Shown here: in pieces, positions 24,101 through 38,200 of the stretch | Position numbering within the stretch: position 1 is the stretch's first letter | Layout: every line of letters starts with the position of its first letter | Assembly: GCF_964204645.1 (NCBI RefSeq) | Contig: NC_134026.1 | Coordinates: forward strand, 20,184,150-20,248,149 | DNA: 64,000 bases | Direction of reading: 5' to 3' | From: Tubulanus polymorphus | Taxonomy: Eukaryota > Animalia > Nemertea | Position numbers and translations under genes: made by a program | Notes under the pieces: model-generated | Database searches by the model: none | What the model saw: only the letters and a program-made list of their open reading frames with translations | What the model was told of the DNA's origin: nothing

Positions 24101-26120
24101 TCAAAGTCAGTGTTATGACGTTACTGCTAGGACCAAACGAATGTCCTGCCAACAATTGCTTACTGATAGGAACAGAAAATCAAATTAAACTCAAAATCAG
24201 GTGAAATTATTGACAGTTATATGAAATATCTATTTGCATGAAAACCTGCAGATAGTTGGTTACATGTTTTCAAAGGTCAGCATTACACTCACCGTAAGAA
24301 TTATGCACGCAAACATTATTCAAACAGCAATAGCATGATAAAACGACAAACTCTCGACCTACAATAATCAAATTGAGGTGAAAACATAATCGGGCGCAAG
24401 AGAATTTTACGATTATGATTAAAACCAAAAATACATAAGGACATATAAGGACAAAAATACATATCCTCTCTATGTATTTTTGTTAAAACCTACGTAACTC
24501 GCTTATCAAAAAATGTGGGCCCATTACCGGTATTTAGTTTCGCGTCAAACGACATACGCAGAGTGCACTTAAAACTGGCCGATATTTTCCTCGATTGCTC
24601 GATCTTCGCGAATTAGATCGATTTTTATTTTAATTCGTTTCCACTTGAAACGTAGTACATGTAATAGTATACGAACGAGAACGTCCTCCTTCAAGGTCTG
24701 CTTCGTTGAAAATTGTCTCGTCACATGATACAACATACGCCAGATCCAAACCGAGATTAAATATCATTTCGACATTCCGGTGCGATCGTAAGTCTATCGG
24801 GATAACAACCTATGGAGTGATGAATTGAAATTTCATACTCATCAATCAATGGATAGACCCTCAGTACCTTCCACGTTTCGGCACAAATCTAATACTCCAG
24901 GAGCTCATAACCGATCTGATTATATCCCACATAGCCTAGAAGCATTTTTCTGATCACGTTCAAAGTTCTGCTGAAAGTAAAAATCTAAGCGACCTGTGAT
25001 TCAAAACTGGTGTACTTTTGTCAACAGGGCACGAATCAATCAAATTCGCCCAAAATTGGTTTCTTCCATAACATAGCATCAAATCGGCATCTACGGGGAA
25101 AAATGAGTGACAAAATATAGCCAGCAGCTCTCAAAATCCACTTCTATATTCATTCATTAGCCGAGGTACCATGCTTATCGCTTTTCACGAACTTATGATG
25201 AGCCATATAGAGAAACTAGAACTAGAGAAACTGGTCGGTACATTGAAAACTCCAATACCTACCAATGATTACATATCAATCCATTTTTCGAAGTAAGCGG
25301 CATCACCGGGTCGAACAAAAACCTGGTTTTATTTTTTCAACATTCGAAACCGCAAAAAAGGAGAATTTTTTTCGGGGAGGAGAGGGGAAGTGAATACATT
25401 ACGCGTTCTGTTGTTATTATTATAAGTGATGGCAGGGTTTTTAGTGCAACAAGCTACTACCATACCTCCGGCTCTATGAATCCTTCTTTATTATCTTGTT
25501 TATGTTTACTAGTAGTGGGTTGTTTTTTATCGCGCTCGTCCTTACTACGCCCCTTGCCGAATAGGCCGCGTCCTCGTCGACCCTTACCACTCTCGTTATC
25601 ATCATCGCCGTCACTTTTCTTCTTCTTTACATCCTCCTCGCGCCGTCTTCGTTGTCGTTTATCTTCGTCGTTATCGTGATCCCCATCCGTCCGGCCGTCG
25701 TCGTCGGTCCGGTCGGGACCCGACGGGCACAACTCGTAGCCGCAAAATCGGTTGCACTTATTCCCCATACCGACGCTATTGTCTTATCATCCCAGACGTC
25801 AAGATGCGCGCACAACAGCCAACACCCATACAGTCTAGCAGTACCGTTGCAGCAGCAGCAGCAGCTCTCGGCGCTGACTTGCCTCGATAAGAAATCGGGT
25901 AACCGGCCGTCATTAGGGTTACGAAAATAAGCTCGATTAAAACAACGCGTCCTCGAAGCCGAAACATCCGACGCAAATTGCCCTGTTCGCCGCTGCCCTA
26001 AAATACTTCTCTCGGCTGGTCGAAAAAAAAGTTAATTAGTAAGAATAATTCCGATAAATAATTAGGCTACCTCCGTAGCTAATCGCAGTGCATAGCTTTC
26101 TCATGCTTACAGAAAGTGGC

Positions 26121-26202
<82 letters not shown>

Positions 26203-29200
26203 TTGGTACATATTTACATCTGATTAATGGATAAGTTATCGTAAGCATAACTAATTCTTTTCACTGTTTCTCTTGATAAACACAAATTTTCTGTGTTCAA
26301 GGATATTAGCATTCCCTACACTCTCGAGAGCTTCGTAAAAGACGAGCTAAATATGATTTTCCGTTGGCGTGTCGAAAAAGAGCAGCTATTGCTTTATCGA
26401 GAATGAACAAGAAACCAACCAGTCTGATTTCTTTTAAAGAACAAGCCATAGGCGACAATGGTTTTCTCGAACTACGAAATTACCATGCGTTAGTTTGCAA
26501 TGCATTTCGGATAAGTTGCATCATCTAGGGGCAAGGGCTATGTTTTGACAACTTTTTGAATTTCGACCCTGTGCTCGACAGTTATGAGGTCAGGTCATAT
26601 CGCTGAAAACAGTTTTTTTGTACGAAGATCTACTGCTAGGTGGTGCACTGGGCTATTCTTTGCAATGCGCAACGTAGATCCATGTACTAACTAACATTAT
26701 ACCTAAGTTTCATCAAGATTGACCAACTATTAACGAAGCTAAGAAGCTGAAAGACACACATACATATAACTGTTGACAGACTGACAGTATGAGAAGCCCA
26801 AGAGCCAATAAATCATTCTGAAATTATTATTTTTAATAGTTTTATGGATAATGTCGATATGCTGCTCAATTCATGTCTACAAAAACATACAGAATTAGAG
26901 TTGTGGTCTTATGAAGTTCGCAAACTAAACTAAGTTCAAGCCTTAGTTTAGTCTACCGGTAACTTCATCTCTTTACTCAAATATCATGTACTTATTCCTT
27001 AGTTGAATACACGCACACAGTTTTAGATCTACAGTTCCGAGTTAGATTGAACCGTATATTGTTGAAGATTGAACCGTATATTGTTGAGATCAGTGAAAAT
27101 CAGCTGCAGCAAATTTCAAAGTTAAATTCTCCTCACCCACAATGTCTCTCGAACCCGGTTGGGAAATACATTTCATTCTCAACGTGTATAGTTAATTCTA
27201 GTTCCCATATCCGATCGATGGAACCTTGTAAAAAAATCAGCTACTTCGGGGAGACTTGGTCCTGATGTTTAAAAGTGTAACTTACAGACATAAGGTAGAA
27301 ATGAAGTCAGTCAGTAACTCAACTCTTAGAAAAAAAAATCATTTCTGATTCAAATAACGGCCATAAGCGGCATTAAATTGAAATAGGATCCGGGTTCGGT
27401 TGTTGCATTGTTTGCAGGAATTTTACTGAAACATGGCGAACATGTGGCTAGAAAATTGCTTCATGTCTACTATACAGGTGTGCATCGGGTAGTCTACCCT
27501 AAACCAAATAATAGCCTCTGAAGCATTAACGAGGTTGTTGAACTATTAGAAAATCTTCAGGCCTACAGACGGATTGAAGCAGAACTGTTAGAAACCAAGG
27601 TTCTGCATTATCACACAAACGAATCAATCGAATGTAGGCCTATCCTCAGCAAATGCTGGAATACAGTTCAGGAAAATGTTTCAATGCCTCGTATTGGACA
27701 TCCTCCATCGGCAGGGCTTCGCACGCGATTGGGGTGGTTCAAGCCGGAGCTAAATTTGGCCTGTGTCTAATAAGAAATGGTGCTCACAGGCCAACCAATC
27801 ACTTGATACTAAACAATGCTCAAACAAAGCAAAGTGAGCCATTTCCGGAACCAGTTGCAATTTAACCGCAAACATATGTCACGTGGCACGGGTCCGCTAT
27901 GGACGTTTTTGGTCGGGCCAAACAGGCATAGACCCATTTGGCACCTGCGAGAACAGCTGTTCCTGGCCAAATTTGGCCTGGGCCGAAAACGTTCGTGTGA
28001 TCGCGGCTCTAGACATGTACTAACTTTACCTATGCGATTCTTACGCATAAAATGGATTTAGATTTATCTTCTTGACGCAACATTCGCAGGCCAAAAAACC
28101 AACCTTGATCATTTATTATTGCAATTACCCCGTATTATTAGACAATGAAGTCTGCCCTATATGTAATCATTACACCGACTTATTTCCCTCGACCAGGCAC
28201 TAGAACACAGGTGCAACCACTAACTATATTGTGCATTGTTTTTCATTTTTTACCCATGAAGTCTCGCTGAAATGTGACTTGAAAATTCTAGTGAAGAGGA
28301 ACAATCAAGTCAACTGGTTCCGCAAAAGAAACTTTGACCAAAAAATGCTCGGGAATGCCGATCGGAGGAGATCAGTAACAGATGAAGGCTTAGCGGGCTT
28401 GGTAGCACTGCATCTCTCATTCTCAGCAATCATAATGGAATGATCATTACGAAGGCAAAGCTCGCTAGGGTTGGGTTAGGATCAGAGATAGAGGTTTGGG
28501 GCTCTTGTCCATTAATTACACACCTATTTAACGCACCCACCAGCGGGAAGCTTATTACTAATTAAAATGTTTAGAGAATTAGTGTAAGTACCAGAGTAGG
28601 GAATCTGTTCCCCGTAATAAGCATACCGAGCAAAAATCTGTCAACCACCGAGACCAGGACTCGAACCACTGACCTATCGCTCGCCGGCCGACTACTCTAC
28701 TACTTGAAATATCTAGGTGACTGGTAAATTATCACTCGTACTCTCAATTCCTCCTGGGGTAAGCGTTAGGGTTATTAAGGGCTTGATAGTATTTCGAATT
28801 TGTCGGAGAAATATTAAACGAATATAGACTATCGATTGTGTTTACAACGTTGAAGATAGTCCGGGGAAAATAAGCTTCGAATGTTATGCGCGAATTGTTG
28901 GGTTTTAAACGTATTTTTCCGAAAATGTTCTTCTTCCAACACAAAACTACTCGAAACCAATCAATCAGTATAATACAGCATAACAGCGCAGATACAGCAA
29001 CGAGCGATCCCGAACGCACAATATACTAGAGAATAGACGCCGGATAGATACGCCGACACCTCACCTGTTAATCAGATCTCCGACCGAACTTAAAAGTACT
29101 TCAGACTCGTTTATGTTACGCCCACCTACCTGTAACCGAAGAGTGGCATACGCCGCGGAGAGAAATTATTTGAAAAACGACTTTTTTTGGAATTCTTCAA

Positions 29201-32200
29201 ATCTTTTTCACACTGCACATTCGGTACCAGGTAAGCTGTCTATGTGGCTAGTGAGATGTTTTAAAAGGTGGGGCCACTCACATTATTGTTTGAGACTGCT
29301 ATTCCTCGACATAAGGCGATACTATGTTATATCGTGGCTGATAATTGCTTTGTAAAGTAGCGAGTGAAGAGCAGATTCAAAAGTTTTGCAACGACGGCAG
29401 TCACAATCCGCTACTTCTCGGCGGGCCCGATTGCTTCGAAAGTGTACCATAGAACTTTGTTGTCGATCAGCAAGAGACTTTGTAACTGGGCCTATCATTG
29501 CTACCCTTAAATGCCAATCTTGTTTAAATCTTTTTTGTGTGTAAAAAGCGAAAACGTTCGCAACGTTCGTAGTTGCTTAAAATGAAGTAGACAGCATAGA
29601 TCTAACGCTAAACAAGGTTTTACATTATTCAGACTGACTTATGAACATGCCACATACAGCGTTCAAACCTCGTTAAAATTCCGCACAGCACTGCATCGCG
29701 TATTCGAGCAAGTCACATATGTATCCATCGCATAAATATCTTGAACAAAAGTCTCAAATAGAGCAGTTGAAAACAACTCCATTTTTAGTCGAATACGATG
29801 AATATTTTTTTGGTGCAATGTTTTAGTGAATGACGGAAACAACAACTTCGTTTGTAATTTGTCACATTTAATACGGATTCATCGGACTAGGAACAGATAT
29901 AAACATCATGAACCGATTGACGGTTTCATGTCGGTAAAATTTAACCTCAAAACTATTTTTACTCGTTGTTATACCATGAACCGTCTGTAAGGGAATCCTC
30001 TCCATCTTATGGGAATTCAATAGTACGGCTACTATTTATCCCTCTAGATTTGCACATCATCAGGCTTATCAATACTACTACACCCTCCTCACCCTACCTA
30101 TTCAATGAGATAAATGCATTAACACTAGACCGAAGGGTTTCAATTTCTATGAGTTATTTCAGTCATTCTGCTGTGCTGTCCTGTCCTGGCCGTGCTAGTC
30201 ACGAGAATATTTTCAATTTTGCAGTACTGTTCATCGTACTTCACTTAATTTCCTTCTCCTAAGATGATCGTGATTATGACTAAAGATTTTCATGATTTTG
30301 ACCGAATGTGTTCATAAAGGCAGCATTCGTTCCACCGGGGTTACCGAGCACAAATATCAACATTCTGCGCGCATAGTTCAAACACCACGATCTCGTTTGC
30401 CAACTGCCACGAGCTCAATAATATTGAATTCCTGTACGGCAAACAAAACGTTCTTAATCTTAGATATCAGAAGTCGAAGTCGTAAGCTATTTCAAAAGTG
30501 TTCGGCGTGATAAAATTAAGATCTACAAAGCATAAACAGCGAATATAACATTTTTTTAGCAGATTATGGCAGATTCCAGGGCTGCCAACCTCTAAAATGT
30601 GCTATCAGTAACAAATTGAATTCTTTTCAGTAACATTTCATTGAAATATGAAAGACATTGTTCAAAGTAATCAGCAATCAACAGTAAGACCTTCAGTAAC
30701 ATCTTTCAAATTCCTGTATTATCAAATAAATCTAATCGGTATTTCTCGTTAACTAATACAGAAAATCAGGAACAGATAGCAGCTGTGTGTTTCAGGATCG
30801 GAATTTGTAGTTCAGTGCTCATTAAAATCATAGTTAATGAATAATTTATCTTTAAGCTACGGTAACACATTTTTTGAGACACCCTGTATAGCAGCGACCA
30901 GTTGCAGCTACTATGAAATCAAGTGGCTACTGAGCCCAATGAAATGAAAGCTGTAGGAATTGTAATATCAACAATAACAATAAATTCATTTTCTGAGACG
31001 TTAAGATTCATCTGATATTTCAAATTTCATCGATGACCTTCGGTGAGGACAGCCGATTAGTTTGCTCAGCGACCTTGCACGCGTATAAATCTGATTGTAC
31101 CAAGTAGCCTTATTAACGCTTATGCATAAATATCTGTTGCGTCAACAGATATTTATTTATAATATATATAATTAAAAGCTTCAGGGTTTATTAAGACTTA
31201 ACTCGTGACGAAGGCATCAATCAAAATACAGCGCAGTTCAGAAAGACATTCCGTACAAGTTCAAATTTGTGAAAAAGGTCAGAAAAATCGGCCTCGAATT
31301 ATTTTTTTAATTTGAAAGAATCTAAATAATTTTCTGAATAATCTATTTGATCCAGGGATTAATCAATGCAGTCATATTTACACCTTCAACTGAACAGATC
31401 TTTTGTTTGACGTACTTCTGATATCCAAGCATGCTTACATACATATTCGACTAGGACTATGTTTTGACAAGAGTGTTTAAACTGGATTTTAAGACGGTCA
31501 CGTCAAATTTCCTGATCAAATGAATGCCTAAAACGTTTTCAGAAGAAAATTATGCATATTTTGGGTACTGCCAATGATATATATACTTATATATATATAT
31601 TCATATACAAAACCAATCAATTAATATTCAACTATCGATAAATCAATAACAGACATTTAATCAATACTTACAGCTGTCGATCGACTACTAGTTATGCGTA
31701 TATATCCGGACGACATTTTTTTCTCTAGTCAACCCACACACGAAAAACAAATGACCGCGAAACAAAAACAGAAAGTTCCCCAGAAGATTCTTAACCGCTC
31801 GCTGACCGCAGACAAATACACTTCGATACTACAGCTGCTGCCTGCCTGTCTGCCTGCTCAAGCCGTCTGGGGGTGAATGCCGATAAAATCTCACGAGTAC
31901 CTGAGCTCACTTATATATTTCACAGCCGATAATTCTTATTGGTTCAAATACTATCTACTTTAATTACAGACCTACGTACAAAGCCGCACACGCGTACGTA
32001 TTCCCCCAGTTTTGATAATAAGTTTTCATCGCGCCCAGCAAATGACGGACCAAATAAATAACTTTAAACCGACAAAAAGAAAACTAGATTTCGGGCGATA
32101 ATGTTTGAAAAAATCTGATTACGATTTCGATCTATTTCAGTCGAAATTGTCGCGCCAAAATTAGTGGGGGCTAGGTAGGTGTTTGAAAAATCTTACACCG

Positions 32201-35200
32201 ATGATTAGCAACAGACCCGAAATATAAATGACAAAATCCGACTAAAACCGCTCGGTTGCATGTACTCGTTGGGCAAAAAAAATACACCCCCAAATTTGGT
32301 AATAGCGACTCACTTGACATACAAGAAGGGTTAAATTGTTTACTTAATCTGGATAGTTTTTTTTCCACGAATATATATAGCTTTAAGAGATTTTTTTCGA
32401 GATTAAATAATTTCCACTGAAATAGATTTCGAAGCAACGAACGCACCGCCTCTAATGAGACGTCTGTTCGTCAGCCCTGGTTTATTCGGTTATAATCCAA
32501 ACGAAATATTTACGATTTTTTATTTACCTATGTGGTTTTCACTAGCACGATAAGAACCGCTCGAGATATCTATGTATCGTCGGCCATCCAAGACGCCTCC
32601 ACCGAAGAATTCGTAAATATTGCAAAAATTTTCGTTTATCTTATAACGATATCTAAAATTTTTTTTTCTAATAGCCGGTGCCATCTAACGATCTGTAAGA
32701 AATCTAAATCCTCTATCAGCTACGGATAACCCACCTTCATACGCAGATATGCCATCTACTGGTGTAGTATATTGCCAAGTAGATAGTTTTGTATTCAAAT
32801 AAACATTGAGCGTTACAAATTCCTTCTTGAGGGTAACAAATTAAAAATGTTGATAATGGTAATTGTCATTTGTATAAGCGCAGGTATCCAAACTAGAGTC
32901 AGTTCAAAATGCGCTCCAAATTTGGTATTATTAGCCCCAGCCTTTAACTCTATTCCATGTATCAGTAATCTCTCCCTGGGGAGAAGTAACATCCTAGCAG
33001 CTGCTAGGCACTCAGGTATCATCTATCAGGCCAGGTACCCATTTTACTCCTGGGTAGAGAGGCAATGAGGATAAGCGTCTTGCCCGAGGACACTAAGATA
33101 ATGCACGGGGGTTCAAACCCACGACCTGGCTTCCCACAGTCGATCGCTCTAACCATTCGCCCTCACCGCTCGCTCAATTAAAAAACAAATTCCGTGGACA
33201 TATCCCAACCAGAAAGAAACTTTCCATGATGGGTTTCTGTGTAATTGTTTCTGTTTCATTCACCGAACTCGCTGTCAAAAAGGCGATTCTCGATATAAAT
33301 AGTAATGGGTTTTCCCCTCGGGATACCCGCTTTGGGAAAGGCACCTGAATCGATGCTACGAGTTCGAATCCCAATATTTAGACGTAATTTATTATTCTTT
33401 GAAATAAATTCTAAGAATTTCTATTTATGATAGGATGTGCAGGTTTTGATTTGGTAATGATGTTAATAAAAGTTAACCTCTTAAGGTATTGTTTTCTATC
33501 TATTATTTGTGACGGATTAGTTTCGATGCTCCTCACAACCCGCCCCACCACGTGTCACTTATTCACGGACACGCGGATTGTATCATTTGTAATAGGCCTA
33601 CCACATGAAAGAGTCCATGGCCTACAGTAGAATAGTAGGGCCTACCGATCACGCTATGTGCGATGAAAGTAGTGTTTGAATAAAACAAATTTTTAATGAA
33701 ATAAAGATTATTTATGATAATTAATCAATAGATCAGGTGCCGCCTAAATAATTGTTTGTTTCGTGAAATTTGTACAAAACTTTACAACTTCGTCATGTCT
33801 TGTGACCCTGAAAATACTAGAAGAATCATCGGTAAGCTTATAAAACGGCGAGGTCAACATAGTAACAACAACTTCGGGGATTGAAAAAAAAAACTCGAAA
33901 GAATTATTTCTTATACTGATGAGTTATACTGATGGGGAGTAGCGACCGTCAATGACACCGGTTATTTATCCATTCACTATCAAATGTGACGAGCCCAATA
34001 AATGATTGCGCATAGATTCGGCCTCTCAGCATTTAGCACAGCAGTTCTGAGAAGTGTTAAGACCGATCAGCGCGCGCGCGCTATCTAAAACCGGTGCTAG
34101 TACGATCAATATCTACAGGTATATACGTGTTCAGTATTACACAGCGAGTACCAGTATGTTGATCGAGCGTCGTCGTAGCAACGCGCTATACAGCGGCTTG
34201 AACTAGCGAGTAACGTTAATTATCTTTTAACCAAATTAGAGCACTTATAACCATCGGAATCAAATATAAACCAAGCTGCACCATCTACATCAAGTAGAGA
34301 ATACCTGTGTGAAATTACAGAATTGTCGGTCCACACAAACAGCTTAAATCGTGTCATAAAGAAACATCCACAGACGGACAGACAGACATGACGACGATGC
34401 CATAGATGGGTTCGTCTGACGACGAAACCCATCAAAAATTGAAATCAACCTAATGGAATAGTAAGCCCATATCAAATTAAGATTTCAGATCAACCATCAT
34501 GGTATCTTACCGTCTTGTATCTCAACAAATATCTCATTTATTGCTTTCATCGATGGACAAAACCAAAACCCCTTTTTTGCTAGAGGACCCTCTGTGCAAG
34601 ACATTTTATCTCGCTACCATACAGTAGTGCCATCGTTGTAACTACTCTAGACACTCTCAAAAGATGTATTTTGGATGCATCACTTGTAGCCCTTTGATGG
34701 TCGATTCCCAGGGGGCGGGGTAAAACATACGCACATTATATACAATGGATTAAAATAGATTAATGACTCACTTCTGTCGGTCTATTCTCTTAACCGTATG
34801 GGAATTATTCCATTAGATGTAAAGCTAGAATATGTAATATACATATTGTGTGTGCATCCAAAATAACTGAGACCAGCTAAAATGGGATGATATCGATTGC
34901 TAAATGCTCGCAAGGACTGATTACGCATTAGTACTCGCAGTGAACCAGCCCCAGTGAACCATGATCAATCAATGATTCATGTACTACCATATTTACTGAC
35001 TAACTCTTTCAAAGAGCTCAAAATTTCAATAAGAGCTCAAAATCTTGTTCTAAAATTCCTTTTTTTAAATCTCTGATTAACGGTATACTGTTATTGCAAC
35101 AAATGCTTCCTCAAGGAGGTTTTAGGGTTACAGGGATACAGGTCAGGGATAAAGGTTACTGACTCGGGCAAGCCATAAAATCACTTCTTGGACCCGACTA

Positions 35201-38200
35201 CCGGTAAGACTCTATAAAATATTAGAGCCACGAAAAAAATCTAACAAGAAAGTCATACCTATCAAAACCTATCATAAAACAAGACTAAAACTAAGACTAG
35301 AAAACCAAATTCAGTTTTTCAAGACAGGTCGGATGAGTAGTGAAACGTAATGAGCTACACTGTCAGGGAGGGCATCTGGTGGAAATATAGTGAACTAGGT
35401 ATAACAGCTATGCCATCTGATGAAAAATTATCGAGTCATCATCTTACAAGAGAATATCTGAACACATCGAGATACTTATACATAGCATCTTCTCAATGAA
35501 TTGAAAATAAACAGAAATGCCACCGATCGGATATTTAACAAAAGAACATACCTGTCCAATGCTGACTGTTGGCCTGATATCATCTTCACCACCATATCCG
35601 GGACTGCCAGCGCCTGATCCCGGTCGTCGGTTATATTCATCGCGACCTCCCGGTCCTCCGATGACGTTACCGTATCTATCGGTTGCCGGTTGGCCGTATT
35701 CATCCGTAGCACCCGGTCCACCTTTGTATTGCTGTCCGGGGCCTCGTTCCGTAGAACCGTACGGTACAGCACCCGCCGCGTACGGGCGCCCGAATTCATC
35801 TGTAGCTTCTGGTCTATCGCTGTATTGTTGCCCCGGGCCTCTTTCTGTCGTGCCGTACGGAGCAGCTCCCGCGGCGTAAGGTTGCCCATATTTATCCGTT
35901 GCTCCGGGCGCTCCAGCGTATTGCTCACCGGGGCCTCGTTCCGTCGAACCGTACGGCCGACCGAATTCATCAGTAGCGCCGGGACTGCCTGCATATCGTT
36001 GTCCGGGACCTCGTTCTGTTGTTCCGTACGGGGCAGCGCCCGCGGCGTAGGGCCGACCGAATTCGTCGGTCGCACCGGGACTGCCTGCGTATTGTTGTCC
36101 GGGACCTCGCTCGGTTGATCCGTATGGAGCGGCACCCGCTGCGTAGGGTCGACCGAATTCGTCGGTCGCGCCGGGACCCCGATACTGCTGACCTTCGCCT
36201 CGTTCCTGGCCCTTGCCACCCGGTGGTGATCTCTGATCTCCGTACGGGATACGCCCGGATGCGGCTTGCGCCGCCAAACACGGGTACGAGGTCGGGTCTT
36301 CTTTGCGTGGTAAGTATCTCTGGCTGCTGTCCTGCGCGTGTTTCGGCTGCAAGAACTCTGGTGGCGGTCCTGGAAGCTCTTCGGATACGGGATACAATCC
36401 GGCTGATGTGCGTTTCGGTTTTGGTGCAACAGGTGGAGCTGCTTTCTTGGGTGGATCTAATTTCGAACTAGTGAGCTAAAACGAAACAGAATGTAGAAGC
36501 AATGACGCATGTGTACGAGTTGCATATCAATCTCATTGTATAAACACAATCATTTGATAATGTCCCATACTAACGCGTAACTTCAAAGCATTTTCTATAG
36601 TCTATAGCAAATACTAATTCAATTGATCATTGAAGGTGAGAATTAAGTATGGGACTCGGTCCACCTTAACATAAACATAGCTCATAGCTCAAAGCACTTC
36701 GCTGATGAAACCTTTCCTGAGCCGACATTGAAATTACCAGAAAACTGGCTTACTGGACCCAGTTCCACAGTCGTGAGTTAAGATTTGACTCTGAGTTAAA
36801 ACTTTGAAAATGAACTAATTTTAACTCAGAGTTAACTCTGGCTCAAAACTGTGGAACTGGATCCAGGTGGTCATATCATAAAATAAACCAATCCATTTGA
36901 TATCTAAAGACATTCTCAGTACAACGCAATGACTTACACAAAGTGTTCATAAGTATGCAAAGGGCCAATGAAAATGAATCCATTAATCAAGTACTTTTAA
37001 AAGCATGCTAAGAACCCTGGTCAATGTACCGGTATGTAAAAATGGGCTCGGTTGCTCAGTTGTAATTTATGTCCCAAAATGGTTTTAACTCTAAGACTGT
37101 TCTTGATTTGTTGACCAAGATGGTCAGAGGCGGGTCTTGATTGTGCAACTGGGCCTTATATCTAACCCGAATTTTCTGATGAAGCAGATTAATTTCATCA
37201 CCCAAAATGATATATATATAAAGCTTCTTACCGAGTTGGTTCCCGGTTGGTATTCACCATACGGTTTCAACGAGACAGAATCCTTTGGTCCCTTCGTGTG
37301 CAGCGGTGTCAAGTCGTAGTGATCTTTGAATGGCTTTTTGTCGGAAGGTTTCTCCGGGTAGTTGATCATGTACTGGCACATGTGCGTGTACGTCGTTCCG
37401 TCTTTCGGCTCGTTGGCGTAAATCTCCAGGCCGTATTCGCCACGATTCGGCAACTCGACCGAAAACGACACCGTGTTGTCTTTTTCGGTTTCCTTGACGC
37501 ACTTGTCGAGCTCGCTCTCGCTCATTCCCGGCTTGCGCAGCTTGCCGAGAAGCTGCACATCCGGATTGTGGTGCTTGAAGAAGCCGACCTCGGCGGCGCC
37601 ATTCGGTGCGTGCACGACTCCTTCGCGAACGGTCGGCACGAGGCCGTATTGCTGTACGGGCGCGCCGGGACCCCAGTTCGTGTCGGAGCATTTCGGATAC
37701 GGTTGCGCGTTTTCGCAGCCTTTGTCAGCGACGATCTTGTACTCGGCGGCAGCTCTGAATGTCGTTTCGATCGACAGCTTGTCGGGTACGTGTTGGGCGT
37801 AGATCGTCAAGTAGTACTCGCTCTTCACCGGGCAGCGAATGTAGAAATTCAGCTTGTTGCCGTATGTTTCTTGCACGATGTACTGTTTCATGTCGACGCC
37901 TTTGTACTCTTCGTCCAACGAGTCGCAGAACGCCAACTTGTACGTGAACGTGCCCGGCTTCCAGAAGCACAACGTCATCTGCAGGCGGCCGTCTTTCGTC
38001 TTCACTACGCCGTGGTTGTTCTCAAAGAAGTCCATGAAGCACTTGAAGAACTGCGACTTCGCCAACGGAAGGTCTTCGAACTGCGCCAGGCTGACTGGCT
38101 GTCGGAGAAGCTGCCACTTCGGATCTTCGGGGAAGTGGCTGTAGATGGCCTGTTGCGGCTCCATCAGGAAGTAGAAATCGTCGTACTCGTAGACGAGGTT

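Noticed and set aside
24630-24810. Open frame after a CATAG acceptor-like site in the large hillarin-like intron
   Set aside because: No good donor and no similarity to the family; not needed for the model.
26036-26248. IYIYIY ORFs (also 47262-47546)
   Set aside because: Translations of (AT)n microsatellites.
27046-27088. 22-bp tandem duplication; also short direct repeats at about 21213/21310 and 22827/22901
   Set aside because: Ordinary local slippage duplications with no further structure.
28640-28720. Possible tRNA gene (also 33100-33170)
   Set aside because: B-box-like motifs are present but no intact cloverleaf; better explained as SINE heads.
35670-36210. Regular repeats resembling a CRISPR array
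   Set aside because: Degenerate in-frame coding repeats in a eukaryotic exon; no unique spacers and no cas genes.
35476-36429. Second 317-aa ORF overlapping the repeat exon (possible dual coding)
   Set aside because: Stop-free because of the repetitive GC-rich sequence; the splice phases support only the GPGQQ frame.
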